64,000 bases of DNA from Camelus dromedarius (Eukaryota), in assembly GCF_036321535.1 (NCBI RefSeq), contig NC_087437.1, positions 75,208,001 to 75,272,000 on the forward strand. The letters are read 5' to 3'. Both the position numbers and the translations under genes were made by a program. Position 1 is the first letter of the stretch; each line of letters starts with the position of its first letter. This document shows, piece by piece, positions 44,201-55,800 of this stretch. A model generated the notes under the pieces. The model was not told where the DNA came from, did no database searches, and was given only the letters and a program-made list of their open reading frames with translations.

Positions 44201-47200
44201 TAAGTGGACATCAACCATTATACAAAATTAAGTGGAGGGTAAAAATTGCACTGACAAGAATCTAACAAATAAATACCTCTTCAAACATCCTTCACTAAAT
44301 TAAGCACATGTAATATTCCCAAATATGTTATGTATATTTTTTTAATTTACCATAAAGTATAGTCACTGGCAATAAAAGCCTTATATTAGTATATAATTCA
44401 GTTATTCTCATTCATTTAGAACTGGAGGTTCTGAAACAATGATGATTAAAAACAGGAAAGAGAATTCAGAAACAACTCAGTGAAATTTCTTACTAAAATT
44501 ATCTGTGTATGTTTTCTTTGTGTATAGTGTTCATTTTGTTTGAATTTTGCTTTAAAGACAAATAGATTTCTTAAAACTGATTGTTAGGATGTTTCTGGGC
44601 AAATCAATTCAATTATCTACTAATTTTAACTTACAGTGAAGACTGGTGCTTAGAATGATAACTTTGAGATACAAATATTAATTATCAAAGAAAGATTTAA
44701 CCATAACCACTAAGGTAGGAAAATTTTTAGCAGGTAATTAAACTGATCAAATTTAGCATTATATTCTCATACATTAGTCATTATTAGTTAACTAACAGTT
44801 AATGAAAATTAAATTTTCTCTTACCAGTTGATCAGTTGATTTTTCTACCTTATTCTTGGTTTCCTCCATAGCCTGTTCCTCCACAGGAGGATCCCTATTT
44901 TAAAGAAGAAAAAGTATATTCAGGGCATCTTCTTACAAAGAATACAAGTTGTAGTAGTAAAAAGATAACATGAATTTTTGCCTGAAAATTTCAAAAGTGT
45001 AAACAATATGTACCAAAGACTGGTAATGGTGGTAGATATCATATTTTTTAGAGACTCAAGTTAAAGAAAAGCCCTTTACTGGATGGTGGCAGAGAGATCA
45101 GAAAGCTGAAATAAAAATTCTTTCTTCTTTAATAGACACACAATAGACCAAAATAATGGGGGAAATTAACTTTATAGCACTCTTTCAATGTAAAAAAAAA
45201 AAAGACTGAAAAGGTTGATGTTTTGTTTTATGTATATATGTGTTTATGAAGATAATTAAGGTTTGGAAAAGGTCTATCTTACGCAGATCATTTTCTTTTT
45301 TGTTTCAGATTCTTAGCATTACAATTTTCCAGTTTTCCAAAATAACTTTTTTTATTTGAGGCAAAGTATCATGTTTAAAAATTATTAACTATTTTTGTGA
45401 AAAGGAGTAACTTGACAAGTTTTGCTTTTGCCATGGGCTTCAAATGTGAACATATGCAGTATTATTTATTAAACTGAAACATTTATTTATAAAATTGCTT
45501 TTGCCTACATACAGAACCATGACACAGGATTCATAATATACGAACCGTAACATAGGGTCATGTATGATTTATATAATTTTCTTAATTCTATAAACCAGCA
45601 GAGATAAAATGAGGTGAGAAACTTACATCAATTGATTTATTTATTTAGACTTTTACTTTCTGACTATTATCCTATTTTACTTTACATTTATGTACTCACT
45701 TAACAATCATTTATCATCTACTAAGTACTGATTTTGTCAGGGGAAACTAGGACAGGTGGTGAAAGTTTCAACAAAAGATGATTCATACACATAAATAATA
45801 CTTCACAATATTGCTTTTTAAAGTGTCATGGTAAAGAAAAACCTGTTAACTATCTCTTCTTCTATTTCTAAGCCCCAATCCTAAAAGGAATACAAGGAAC
45901 TTGTATCATCAAGAAATGAAAAACACTGCAGCAGTATTCTGCACTCTCCAGATGTGAGAAAAAATACAAAACATTCTCAAAGCATATACTCTACTTACTA
46001 ATTCTATTTCATGATCACTCATTCCTTAACCCAGTAGTTCTCAGTCCCAGATGCATATTAAAACCACCTGTGAAACTTTGGAAACATCCAGATGTCCAAA
46101 CCCTAATTCAGAGCTTCTTAATCAGTATTGGGGGACATGGGCTTCCATATTTTCTATAGGTTCCACCACAAATTTCAATGTGTAAACTTAACTAACCCGC
46201 ACTTCCTCCCCAACATTAAAATTGCTCTAATAAAAGTTGCTAATGAAATCCTATTTGCTATTCCAACAGCTTTGTCTTAGGTTTTGATTCTACCTGACCT
46301 TTCTGCATCATTTAACATTATCCATCATATTCTCCAACCCTCCTTCGAAACCTCTGCATCCTTTGTTGCTGCTGGTTCTCCTAGTCTTTCCATCCTTCCA
46401 GCTGTCCACTTCTCAAGTCTGTACCACTGGCTATCCCTCTTCTTCTCACTCACTTTATTCATTTATTATTTTAATAATATTTAATATAGAACAGGAAGGT
46501 ACATCAGCAGTCATATATGGCAGCCACTTTATTCTATAGATGGGTAAAACTGATGTCCAGAGAGGTTATGTAACTTGTTTCAAGTTACACACTGGGGACT
46601 AGCAAAGCTAAAACTAAGTGCAAGATTAGTATTTTTCTTTTGCTATTCTGCCACTTTTATCACCTGTGTACTTTATTCTGCTGCTGAGAGAGGCTGAAAT
46701 TTTGCTATAACATACCTGAAATGTATGTAGTATATTGTATAGTAATATTCCATTTTTAATTCTTTTTTCATATTACATTTTCTACTTTAATCAATCTCAT
46801 TTATGCCCACGAATAAACACTGTCAGATAGGGATCAGGGCCCTGCTTCTTATTCACTACTTTACCTTCAAGTATCTAGCCCAACATCTGACATAAAGTAG
46901 GTACTCAAATATTTATTGAATAAATGACTAAATGCAAAAACAAACAAATAAGTGAGCAAACTTCCATGAACTCAAACAGCACCTCATTCTAATGATTCCC
47001 AAATCTGTATCTCCAGCCTTAACTGCTTTTTGATGCTACAGCTACACATTTCCAACCACCCATTCAACAATCTCCGTTAAGAATGTCTTAGGGGCACCTC
47101 AATCTGCTCACGTCCAAAGCTAAATTCATTATCTGTCCTCTCTTTTACTTTCTCAATACACAGTAAGCCTGTCTGCTTTTGTGATCCCCATATTAGTGAA

Positions 47201-48482
47201 CAGTAGAGATTTCCTTCTGGTCATGAGAAACCTTCGGGCCATCTCTACTTCTCTTTGCCCCTTTTCTCACATTTAAGCAGTCAGAGAATTCTGTTGATTC
47301 TAGTTCTATAAATCCCTCCTTTCTTACTATTTACTATTCCTACCAATGCAAGCCTTCATTGGCTTCTTCCTGAACTATTACAAGTGTCATACCTTGTCAT
47401 CCTTCCCACTATCAATAGAGGTAGTCTTCCCAAAAGAGTGTAAAATTTCATTTCTTTTCTTAAAATGTCAATGGCTCTGCACAAAATAAAGCTAAATTTC
47501 TTACCAGGAGTCAAAATCCTCCCCAAGAATTTATCTTACTTTTACTTGCTGCTTTCTCAGCCAAACAACCTCCCATCTGCTCTGCTTCAATACCCATCAG
47601 AAGCTGTCTTTATTCTTTAAAGCTCAGTTCAAATGTCACCTTGTGGAAATCCACTGAACTCCAGTCAATAATTATTGTTCCCCCTATACACAGCCACAGC
47701 ATCTCTAATATTAACACTTATGCATACATTTTCCCTAAAGATAAAATAATTTTTATATATTTTCCTATTATAATTCTCCCTAAGTATATATATTTTATCT
47801 TAGTCTTTACTCCCTAAGACCAAGGAGATCAGTACATGCTTGTAATATAACACATTGCTTATTATATGAGATAGCTAAAGGTGAGAACTCCTTCTCCAAT
47901 ACTAACCTGCTGTTTAACATTAAATGGGAGAGGTATAGGCAGGCTGAACTTTCCCTAATTGGAGGGGTCAGACTGACATCTGGCCTAGGCCCAACTGAGC
48001 CAGGCAGTAGGGTCTTCTGTGTTATGCTTAGGTTACCTTATAAAATGGGCATAATAACAGCATCTACCTCATAGACTTGTTATGAGGTTTATATAAGTTA
48101 ACGTTTCTAAAAGCATTTAAAACAATACCTAGAAAAAATAAATCTATGTAAGTGCTTGTTAAATAAAAAATAAAACATTACTTGTTGAGCATGCCCCAAG
48201 TGTGGCAAGCTATGGTACATTTTTCAGTTCTTAACTATTTACCAAGGGTGTGGTCCTTAGAGAAATTTTGTAAAATTAGATTTCACCCAGTCTACATCCT
48301 CCACTAATCAAAGATGCTAAATTGTCTTGAAACATAATGGTATCACATTCACACTAGTTTTCCAAGGTTATGTGGAAAAGACAAATGTCATGTCTTCAGA
48401 ATGCAACAAATTCATTTGGCTTTTATCAACCCATCCCTTACCTCACAAAAAATTCTTCTGGTAGAGAATCCACAGAATCCAT
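1365..48482 (-). CDS. DZIP3: DZIP3 (DAZ-interacting zinc finger protein 3, E3 ubiquitin ligase), spliced partial CDS of 16 coding exons; 3' part including the RING lies beyond the left edge
   Basis: Manual translation gives a continuous 672-codon frame ([14 protein letters not shown]...[15 protein letters not shown]) matching recalled mammalian DZIP3; all introns GT-AG with consistent phases; head-to-head with CIP2A as in human. Confidence 0.97.
2214..2383 (-). CDS. DZIP3: DZIP3 exon 16 (170 nt), [20 protein letters not shown]...IKDLQE
   Basis: tttag|GT...GAA|gtataa; peptide matches DZIP3. Confidence 0.94.
3437..3469 (-). CDS. DZIP3: DZIP3 exon 15 (33 nt), [10 protein letters not shown]
   Basis: catag|GA...CAAC|gtaagt; in frame. 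Confidence 0.93.
5317..5934 (-). CDS. DZIP3: DZIP3 exon 14 (618 nt), HEPN-like domain region
   Basis: ORF 5306..5971 core [19 protein letters not shown]...MLSCYQQG; ttttcag| acceptor, |gtacaa donor. Confidence 0.97.
6360..6730. mobile_element. Adjacent MER3-like and MER5A-like hAT DNA transposon relics
   Basis: aatttaaacagccgcacatggctggtggctaccatattagaca (MER3-like); cagcagcatcagcatc...ttagaaatgcagaatctcaggcc (MER5A-like). Confidence 0.7.
7605..7681 (-). CDS. DZIP3: DZIP3 exon 13 (77 nt), [25 protein letters not shown]
   Basis: ttgcag| ... |gtacat; overlaps ORF 7477..7671. Confidence 0.94.
8440..9490 (+). mobile_element. Old L1 3' fragment (L1MA-like ORF2 end and 3'UTR)
   Basis: Degenerate ORF2 C-terminus (ORF 8638..8931 [20 protein letters not shown]) and 3'UTR motif gaaagttgctaagaaagtagatcttaaaagttctcatcac. 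Confidence 0.8.
8975..9008. repeat. (CA)n microsatellite
   Basis: Perfect CA run. Confidence 0.95.
9500..10610 (+). mobile_element. Ancient L1M ORF2/3' fragments
   Basis: Decayed RT-region motifs (caaggttgattcaacatttgaaaa; gtattcaacgttgtactagaggacctagccagtgcaat). Confidence 0.7.
12623..12675 (-). CDS. DZIP3: DZIP3 exon 12 (53 nt), [17 protein letters not shown]
   Basis: ttgcag|TTT...AG|gtaagc. Confidence 0.94.
13426..13518 (-). CDS. DZIP3: DZIP3 exon 11 (93 nt), [31 protein letters not shown]
   Basis: ctttag|AGT...TTG|gtgagt. Confidence 0.95.
14913..15014 (-). CDS. DZIP3: DZIP3 exon 10 (102 nt), [34 protein letters not shown]
   Basis: ttccag|GGA...CAG|gtaata; overlaps ORF 14721..14999. 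Confidence 0.96.
16393..16512 (-). CDS. DZIP3: DZIP3 exon 9 (120 nt), [40 protein letters not shown]
   Basis: tttag|GAT...AAG|gtatta. Confidence 0.95.
21741..21855 (-). CDS. DZIP3: DZIP3 exon 8 (115 nt), [38 protein letters not shown]
   Basis: ttgcag|A...AAA|gtaaga. Confidence 0.95.
21965..23575 (+). mobile_element. Degenerate ERVL-type internal (gag/pol) fragment
   Basis: ERVL/MaLR-internal-like motifs (ggataaggaagtgcatattgatatgggacaactctcccat; ggcccagaggacattccttccactaa) and an RT-like H-I-D-D-I-M-L remnant near 23425-23446. Confidence 0.65.
25576..26474 (+). pseudogene. L1 ORF1p, frameshifted near 25718
   Basis: ATG at 25576 ([21 protein letters not shown]...) reaches TAG after 49 codons; the rest continues in another frame (ORF 25725..26474, [21 protein letters not shown]). 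Confidence 0.9.
26880..30680 (+). pseudogene. L1 ORF2p (endonuclease/reverse transcriptase), disrupted
   Basis: Fragments 26880-27944, 28160-28468, 28482-29189, 29182-29802, 29901-30524; frameshifts near 27930, 28455, 29185, 29785; stops TGA 28109 and 30522. Confidence 0.95.
31619..31743 (-). CDS. DZIP3: DZIP3 exon 7 (125 nt), [41 protein letters not shown]
   Basis: tacag|GAT...AG|gtaagg. Confidence 0.95.
33079..33159 (-). CDS. DZIP3: DZIP3 exon 6 (81 nt), [27 protein letters not shown]
   Basis: ttttag|GCA...GAG|gtatgt. Confidence 0.95.
33859..34405 (+). mobile_element. Solo LTR (MER21/MER68/MER77-like) nested in an old L1 3' end
   Basis: TG...CA termini, near-TSD atacc/acacc, internal AATAAA, motif ggcagagggtgcctacatga; old L1 3'UTR sequence on both sides (~33690-33858, 34411-34575). 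Confidence 0.65.
36582..36698 (-). CDS. DZIP3: DZIP3 exon 5 (117 nt), [39 protein letters not shown]
   Basis: ccatag|AGA...ACT|gtaagt. Confidence 0.95.
41193..41242. repeat. Compound (AAAG)n(AAGC)n microsatellite
   Basis: aaagaaagaaagaaagcaagcaagcaagc... Confidence 0.9.
41360..42165 (+). mobile_element. MER21-like LTR element
   Basis: Motifs ggttcctgacacagagctcctaaaacccttggga and tggcatctgaagtg...gtcttgtgggactg; boundaries approximate. Confidence 0.65.
42219..42374 (-). CDS. DZIP3: DZIP3 exon 4 (156 nt), [52 protein letters not shown]
   Basis: tcctag|GAC...CAG|gtacaa. Confidence 0.96.
44825..44894 (-). CDS. DZIP3: DZIP3 exon 3 (70 nt), [23 protein letters not shown]
   Basis: aatag|G...CTG|gtaaga; phase fits neighbouring exons. 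Confidence 0.9.
48442..48482 (-). CDS. DZIP3: DZIP3 exon 2 coding part (start codon), [13 protein letters not shown]; exon with 5'UTR probably 48442-48553
   Basis: Strong Kozak gcagcATGG; AG|gtaagg donor; acceptor tttttcttgcag at 48554. Confidence 0.93.
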
Positions 48483-49917
48483 GCTGCACAATGTTTTTTG
48501 CAAAAGTCTTATTCTAAAGCTTGCAGGCTGACTTTTACTCCTGCTGTTTAAAACTGCAAGAAAAATAATATTTTTAGTAGGAAGGTAGGAGGCTTTCATT
48601 CTTTCACCCCATTATCTAAATAGTACATGATCATTAAAGAAAATTTTGAATCTGCTATAAAAGAAAATGAAAATCACAAAGCTTCCTAATCGAAACATAA
48701 ATCACTGCCTATATTTTAATACACTTAATTTTTCCCAAGTACAGATATATTTTATCAATTTGTAATCATATTGAATAGGCAATACTCTACCTTTTCCACC
48801 AACGAACACTATATCAAAAACATTTTTCACATTATTTTATACTCCTAGTAAACATTCTCAATGGCTACATAACAATTGGTTGACTGGGGTTTCCCTGACT
48901 ATTTCTTATAGTTGGACATTTAGATTGTTTCCCATTTTTTTCATTATAAATAATTAGTAATGTGATAAACTGCATTGCCCATAAAGTCTTTTTTATATTT
49001 ATTATTGTCACCTTATAATAAATTCTCAGAAATAGAATTCCTAGGTCAAAATACACAAATATTTTAAGTCTTCTGGTATATATTGCTAAATGACTTTTCA
49101 AAAGGTTTGTAATAATTTATTTCCTATAGAGGTATAAGAAGTACCTCTTTAACACAATCTTGATAGCACTAATTGTTTTGTTTTCTTTTAGTCTAACTAC
49201 TTTTTCTAACATTTCTAACATTGAACTGCTTTTTCCTAAAACTGTATTTCTAGCTCCATAAAATACAGAGGTGGGATGCAAAGAACTCTTGCATATTCTC
49301 TAGTATAAATATCAATGGATGTTGTGCATGTTTCCTGAAAGAAACAAACAAAAAAAAAAAATACCAAGGCAACATAAATGAAAACAAAAGGGGAACAGAG
49401 TATCATCATTGTATCTATTTATTATACAGCTTTCTATTTATCCCAACACCAACTCTTCTAAAATTAGTCCCATTTGATCTCTTTTACTGAGAGTTCAAGC
49501 CATCAGACTCCATTGCCTTCAGTGAGGCTGACTTCTTTTTCTGAGCCCTCTGTACATAAGACCAGGAAGTGTTAGAGTGAATGTATGTAAAAACTATTGC
49601 TTGGTGCTTTGGGGCAAAGAAAGAAATGAGGAAAAATAAAAGATAGTGGTAGCAATAGCATAAATAAAACAGACTTAGAGTACCTTGCTGCCAAGCACAA
49701 GACTGGATAGTGTTCTCATCTGTTGCCTCTGGACTGTTTATTTATTTCAGTAACTGGGTAGCCAGTTTCTCTAAAAGATTATTAAAACATACCCCAAAAT
49801 TCGAGCGGTAGAACTTTTGGAGTTCCATTACTAAAAGGCAATTCAGCACAGGTAACTCTCAAGTCAAAAAAACATGTTCCACAAGATCATTGTAAGTCAC
49901 CTATTAAGAATTCAGAT

Positions 49918-50388
49918 TGTGGTATATTTATACAATGGAATACTATTCGGCCATAAAAACAGACAACATAACACCATTTGCAGCAACATGGATGCTTCTG
50001 GAGAATGTCATTCTAAGTGAAGTAAGCCAGAAAGAGAAAGAAAAATACCATATGAGATCACTCATATGTAGAATCTAAAGTAAAAAACAAACAAACAAAA
50101 CATAAATACAAAACAGAAATAGACTCATAGACATAGAATACAAACTTGTGGTTGCCAAGGGGGTGGGGGGTGGGAAAGGATAGACTGGGATTCCAAAATG
50201 TAGAATAGATAAACAAGATTATACTGTATATCACAGGGAAATATATACAAGATCTTATGGTAGCTCACAGAGAAAAAAATGTGACAATGAATATATATAT
50301 GTTCGTGTATAACTGAAAAATTGTGCTCTACACTGGAATTTGACACAACATTGTGAAATTATTATAAATCAAAAATGTTAAAAAAAAA
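49918..50388 (+). mobile_element. 5'-truncated LINE-1 of the same family as the full-length copy
   Basis: Highly similar to ~30519-31000; A tail; TSD AAGAATTCAGAT at 49906-49917 and 50389-50400; TT|AAGA target. Confidence 0.95.
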
Positions 50389-52634
50389 AAGAATTCAGAT
50401 CGTATTTTCTCAAAGGAACATTGTTTTAAACGAGACTGAGTCTCCCAGAAAGTCAGAAAAAGCCAACAACACACAGAAAGGAAGAAGAAACTGTAGGACC
50501 TGACCCTCCTAAGCTTTGAGGTCTGAGTATCTTGTCATAAGTAAGCATTAATAATGGGGGAGGGGACAACTCAGTTCCTGGTGTAAGGGCTAAAAGAAGT
50601 CCTGAGGGGATCATGAAGAAAACAGGTATTCCTAATTATGAGACTGTCTATACTCTGTACGTGACTCACAGCAGCTCTAAGTTACACAGAAAGTCTTGAG
50701 AAACAAGAGAAATTCTCCAACAGTTCAATGGTAGCTGATACTTCTTAATCAAAACAAAAATGCAAAGATTCACACAAAAAGACTTCCATCTAAATTCCCT
50801 CATTTAAAACAGAGCTTCCTAATGCCTCTCAGTTTCTTGTCCATCCCTAACAAAACATTTCTTGCTGTCAGTATTAAAATAACTTACCTATGCAGAACCT
50901 GGTTCTCCTAGGTACATTATTTTATTTTGTACTTTTACTTATTTTAAATTCAGTAAGCAAAATCATACACCTATTTAAATTTGCATTCTCTGTTTAAATA
51001 TCGATGGAAGATACAAACCTAAAAGCCAATAATGAAGCAGAGAGAAGTTGGATAAACCTTGTTATTCTTTCACACTAAATCAGATCTGCTTCATCTCTTT
51101 AATAAAGCTGTACAGAAAAGGACATGGCTTTGAGAGTTTTAGGATTGTGATCAAGCTGTTTTTCTTTTATGGTTTCTATAACCTCCCTGGTTATTTTAAT
51201 AAAAAGTTAACAGGCATCATTTCATAGCCAGAGCATACAACGTATGACTTTTCCAGACAAAACAATCCCCTCATTTTCAGAATTTAAAAGCTCAGACATG
51301 AATACTTCTCCCTCTGGTAAGCTCTCTTGCAGTCAGTAGCTGTTTGCACAGATCACAGTGAGGCTGAAAAGAAAGAAGGACAATCCTCTGGCAACAAAGG
51401 TAGAGAGGATAGAAGGCATCTGCCAAGCTATTCAGTGTTCAGCTTTGAAAAGAAAAGGGTATAAAATTAACCAATAAATCAGAAGATATTTGTATCCTGA
51501 ATTAAGGGTTAAGAAGAGCTAATGGCTTTCTTTTTCAGCCTGCTTAAAAATACAACCTGATACGAATCTCTGTGATGAAAGGTCTTCCAGGAGAGAGGAT
51601 CATCAATCCCATCATTTCCCAGGAGCTGAGCAGATGTGTGGCAAACCCTACCAGCAAAGAGCAGCAGCAGTAGCACTTGACAGCCTCTGCTGGGAAGGAA
51701 GGCGTAAGTGCCTAGCAACACAAAGGAAGTAGCCAGCCTGAAACGTTGCCACTGTGCTTCTAAAATAATACAAAGTTCTTACCATTCTAGGAGAGGCTGA
51801 AGGAAACCTTTAAAATCAGGGTTAACATGGAAGAAAGGGCGAACCTGTTTTCCCTTGGTGTATTCATTTCAATAGACTTATCCAGTCAGCAGGAAACTAA
51901 ACATTTATTTTGCCTTCCTGCAACTGAGAAACTGCTCTTCCGCAGGAACCTATGGGTTCTGGCTGGTTGATCATAGGGCAAGCTAAAGTTCAGTGTCAAT
52001 TTACAGTGCACCTTCATCCACCAACCAAAATGATTTTATCTGCAGGCTGTTTCACTGGTTGAAAACTAAGGTACTGCCATCCTTATATTGATAACGGTTA
52101 AATATCTTTCTTACTCCATCTCTACCTGAGTTCCCAGCTCCCACTTTTCCTCTTATCTACATAAAACGAAACATTTTTTTAAATTGTGAAGAGTTGTTTT
52201 TTCCTCCTTTAAAAGCTGTGCATATTCACATCTAAGTAGGCATAGCTCTCGTTTATAATTTTTGAAATCATTCATTTAAACATTTACCTTGTAGCACTCT
52301 TACCACTTCCCTAAACTGTATATAGGCACATTATTTTTTAAATCCACTCAAATGCTCATCTTAATTGAGTCATCTGACCAAGTTAGAGGATCTAATTGGC
52401 CAAGTTTACATTTCAAAGTATGGGTGGATGTCCTATGAATTCGCTACCCTTGTCAGCTCTGATACTTACAGATCACACAATGCCAGGTGGAAAAAGTGAG
52501 TAATATTAGTGTAAAAAAACAGTGAAAATAAAGTTCGCTCTTCTCAATGCTATTAATTTCAAAACAAAATAATATACATGGTATTTTTCAAGAAAGGAAT
52601 TCAATTATTGAAAATTTTTATTATGCCCATTAAA

Positions 52635-52852
52635 TCAGGGTTTCTTGGCCCTAGTGACATTTGGGCTAGATAAATCTTGGTTATAGAAAGCTGTCTTATG
52701 CATTTTAATGATGTTTAGCAACATCCCCAGCTACTCAGTATATGACAGTAGCAACTCTCTCCCACCTCTCAGCCCCACTGTAGCAACCAAAAATGTCTCC
52801 AAACACTGCCAAATGTCTCCTGAGGGAAAAATTGCCCCCAGTTGAGAATTAC
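52635..52852 (+). mobile_element. MER20-like DNA transposon
   Basis: gatgtttagcaacatcccc...caaccaaaaatgtctcc...ctgccaaatgtc...aaaattgcccccagttgagaa. Confidence 0.75.
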
Positions 52853-55800
52853 ATAACTAAATGAGTGAGTTAAAATGGAAAAGATTAACTAAATGAACAT
52901 AAAACAGATTGTTCCCTGGAATAAAAAAGACCATCCTGTTATTAGGTATTATGTATAAACACAAACAACAAATCATTTGTCTACAAGGAAGAGAAATGAT
53001 AATGTATCTCATTAAGTTTCCAACAACATCAAATGTAAGTTGAGAGGCCATACAGAACTGGTAGTTAAGAGCACAGAGACACTGGAACCAGTCTGCAAGG
53101 GTATGTAAATCTGCTTCAACACATACTAGCCATGCAAACTTATGTGAAATTAATTAACACTTTGGTGCCTCAGTTTCATCGTCTGAAAAATGGGGATAAA
53201 GATGGTATGTGATTCACAGAGTTGTAGTGAAGAGTAAATGTTTAAAACATGTAATAGAACAATACCTGGCATATATATATTAAGAACTATGTAAGTGTTC
53301 CTATCATCATCTTCACTTAATTTTGTTTAAATTTGTGTCAAAATCAGTTCACTTTCCTTCTAATTCTCTACCTTGGAGAAATGCTATCGTATGAAAAGGA
53401 ATGGTAATAATTAGACTTAAGATTTGGGACAAAAACACTTTTCAACTATATCCCAAATGGCACACATGGCAGCTTACTTTGCATGTTTGCCCCTCGCATT
53501 TTTCACATCAGCACATATACATCTGCCATATTCCTTAAACTGCATGGCATGCCACTGTATAAATGTATCATTTTACCAGACCACTACTGATAAATACTTC
53601 AATTGTGCCCAATTTGTGTGTGTTTGTTTTTTGCTATTATAAACAATGCTGCAATAAACAATATTGAACATGCATCTTGGTAAAATTTTGAAACCTATCT
53701 TAAAAAGCTGGATTTACTATTTCAGTATTGAATTCAATGTACTCCAGAATTTCATGGGTCTGTTAATAAAGCAAACTCTGACAATGCTAGTTATCACTCT
53801 GCTAAATTTTGCCAAAAGAATTTCAAAAACTCCTTTGAGATATGAGATGTTTTGGCCACATATGGAAAGTATAGTAACCACTTCAAGGCTGAAAAAAACC
53901 ATGAAGAGGACAGTTTCTAAGAACAATTCAAGATATTTGTGATGGGAGTTCCTTAGAATCAAAACTAACTATTTTTTGCAGGTGCTCTGTGGCTCTAGAA
54001 CTTTCAAAACCTTTATTTCTCACATGCTAGATAGCACTGGGTAAACAAGAAGGGCTAGGACCATCAGGTTAGACTCAAAGAATAACAGGTTGTACCACCA
54101 GTGTTATTAGCTGTGTGAAGAATGAACAAAATCTACTGACTATTTGGTTTTCTAATTTTTCATTAATTTCTTCCATTTTGTATTTATTTAGGTTCTTGGC
54201 AAAGCCTCAAAATGAACATACTTAGACAAGGGAGGCCAAAACAATATTTTCTCTCAAGGAAAAAATATATAGCTTGCTTAATTAAACTCCAGGACTAACA
54301 GACAATGGTTAGAATATCTTTGCCAAAGTTATCAGGAACCGAAGATATTTTCTGCCTCAAATGACCAGGATACTCACTGTCTATCTCAGCTCTTGCCATT
54401 TAGCAAAGATCATTGTTAGCACTATCAGGCAGCTTGTACCAGAAAGCAAGAAACTTGCAATGCATACCCAATGCCCCATCCTTATAAATCTGCCAACATA
54501 GGGAATATCCATGCCAAAATTAGCATCTTGCCTGAAGTAGGTTTTCAGTTCTCTTCAGATCTATTCAGTCAGTTATCCCTGGACTTACACAGGCAAACCT
54601 ACAAAACATACACATTAATTTGTTATAAATATTTGAAATGTACCTACAGTAAATATGCACAGGTTAGAATTTACCTGAAAAAAATCCAGATATTTATCTA
54701 CCCATCAGTTTCAGGTAGCATTGCCAAAACCACGCTGCTCAGAAATGTAACTAGGACCATTGAAAGAACCCTGTTACCCCCAAACAAACTCTTCAAAAGT
54801 GCAATATTTTCAGCAATTTAAAAATACTATGTTGTCATTAGAATTGTTAGACAATAATGAAAAAAGGAAACAAGACAGAATGTTGAGACATGATACATGC
54901 AGGGAATGGAGAACACAATATGTACTGGACTCCTCCACCACCAATGACTTTACCCAAATCCAACTTGATCCCACATATATAAGAAAAGTAGCTATCTCTC
55001 ATTATCTCAGAAAGGCTTACTTTTGTAAGAAGGGTTTAGATGAGAAGGTAGATCAAGCTTTCGGCTTCCATTATATGAAATAAGCTGGGTATATTAACTT
55101 TAGTTTCATTGAAAATAAGATTAATTTTCAGCAGGGGTCTAGGCTATACATCTAGGCATCCTGACTACACATCTGATTTCCACACAACTTTGAAAAATGT
55201 ATTACTGTCATCCATTTTAAAAATTAAGAAATTCAGGCTTAGAGAATTTACGTGGCTAATAAATCAATAAGAGCAGGAATTCATGTCCCAGTTAGTGAAA
55301 CTGCAAATTCCATGTTCCTTACACTAGTCTCATTAAGTGTGACATACTTGACTTTATAATAAGCTTAGTGTGCAATTTATGAACTAAAGTAGATAATATG
55401 CACATAAAAACACAGAAACAAAACTATTTACATGACCTTCCTGGTCTGTAAATGATATTGTAAGATAATTAATTTTCTCAGTTTAATATTTCATTGTATA
55501 CTACTCACATTAGTTTTTGCTAAGAGAATTCATTTAATCAACAAAACAATTCAGAACAATGCCAGATACTATACCACATATAGTACCTGTTCAAATACTC
55601 TGTTAAAGGTTAAAGATTTTAGAGATCTTAAGAAGATTTTAGAAGACTTCTCTAAAGACTTCTCTAAAATCTTTTCTTTTTGGATCACATACTTCTAAGG
55701 AAGTAAATCTGAGAATACATGAATAGCAATTCATTTGTGTTATCCATGCTATTGTAAGCACCACTACAATATAAAAGAGAATGAGATTAAAATAAGTAAA

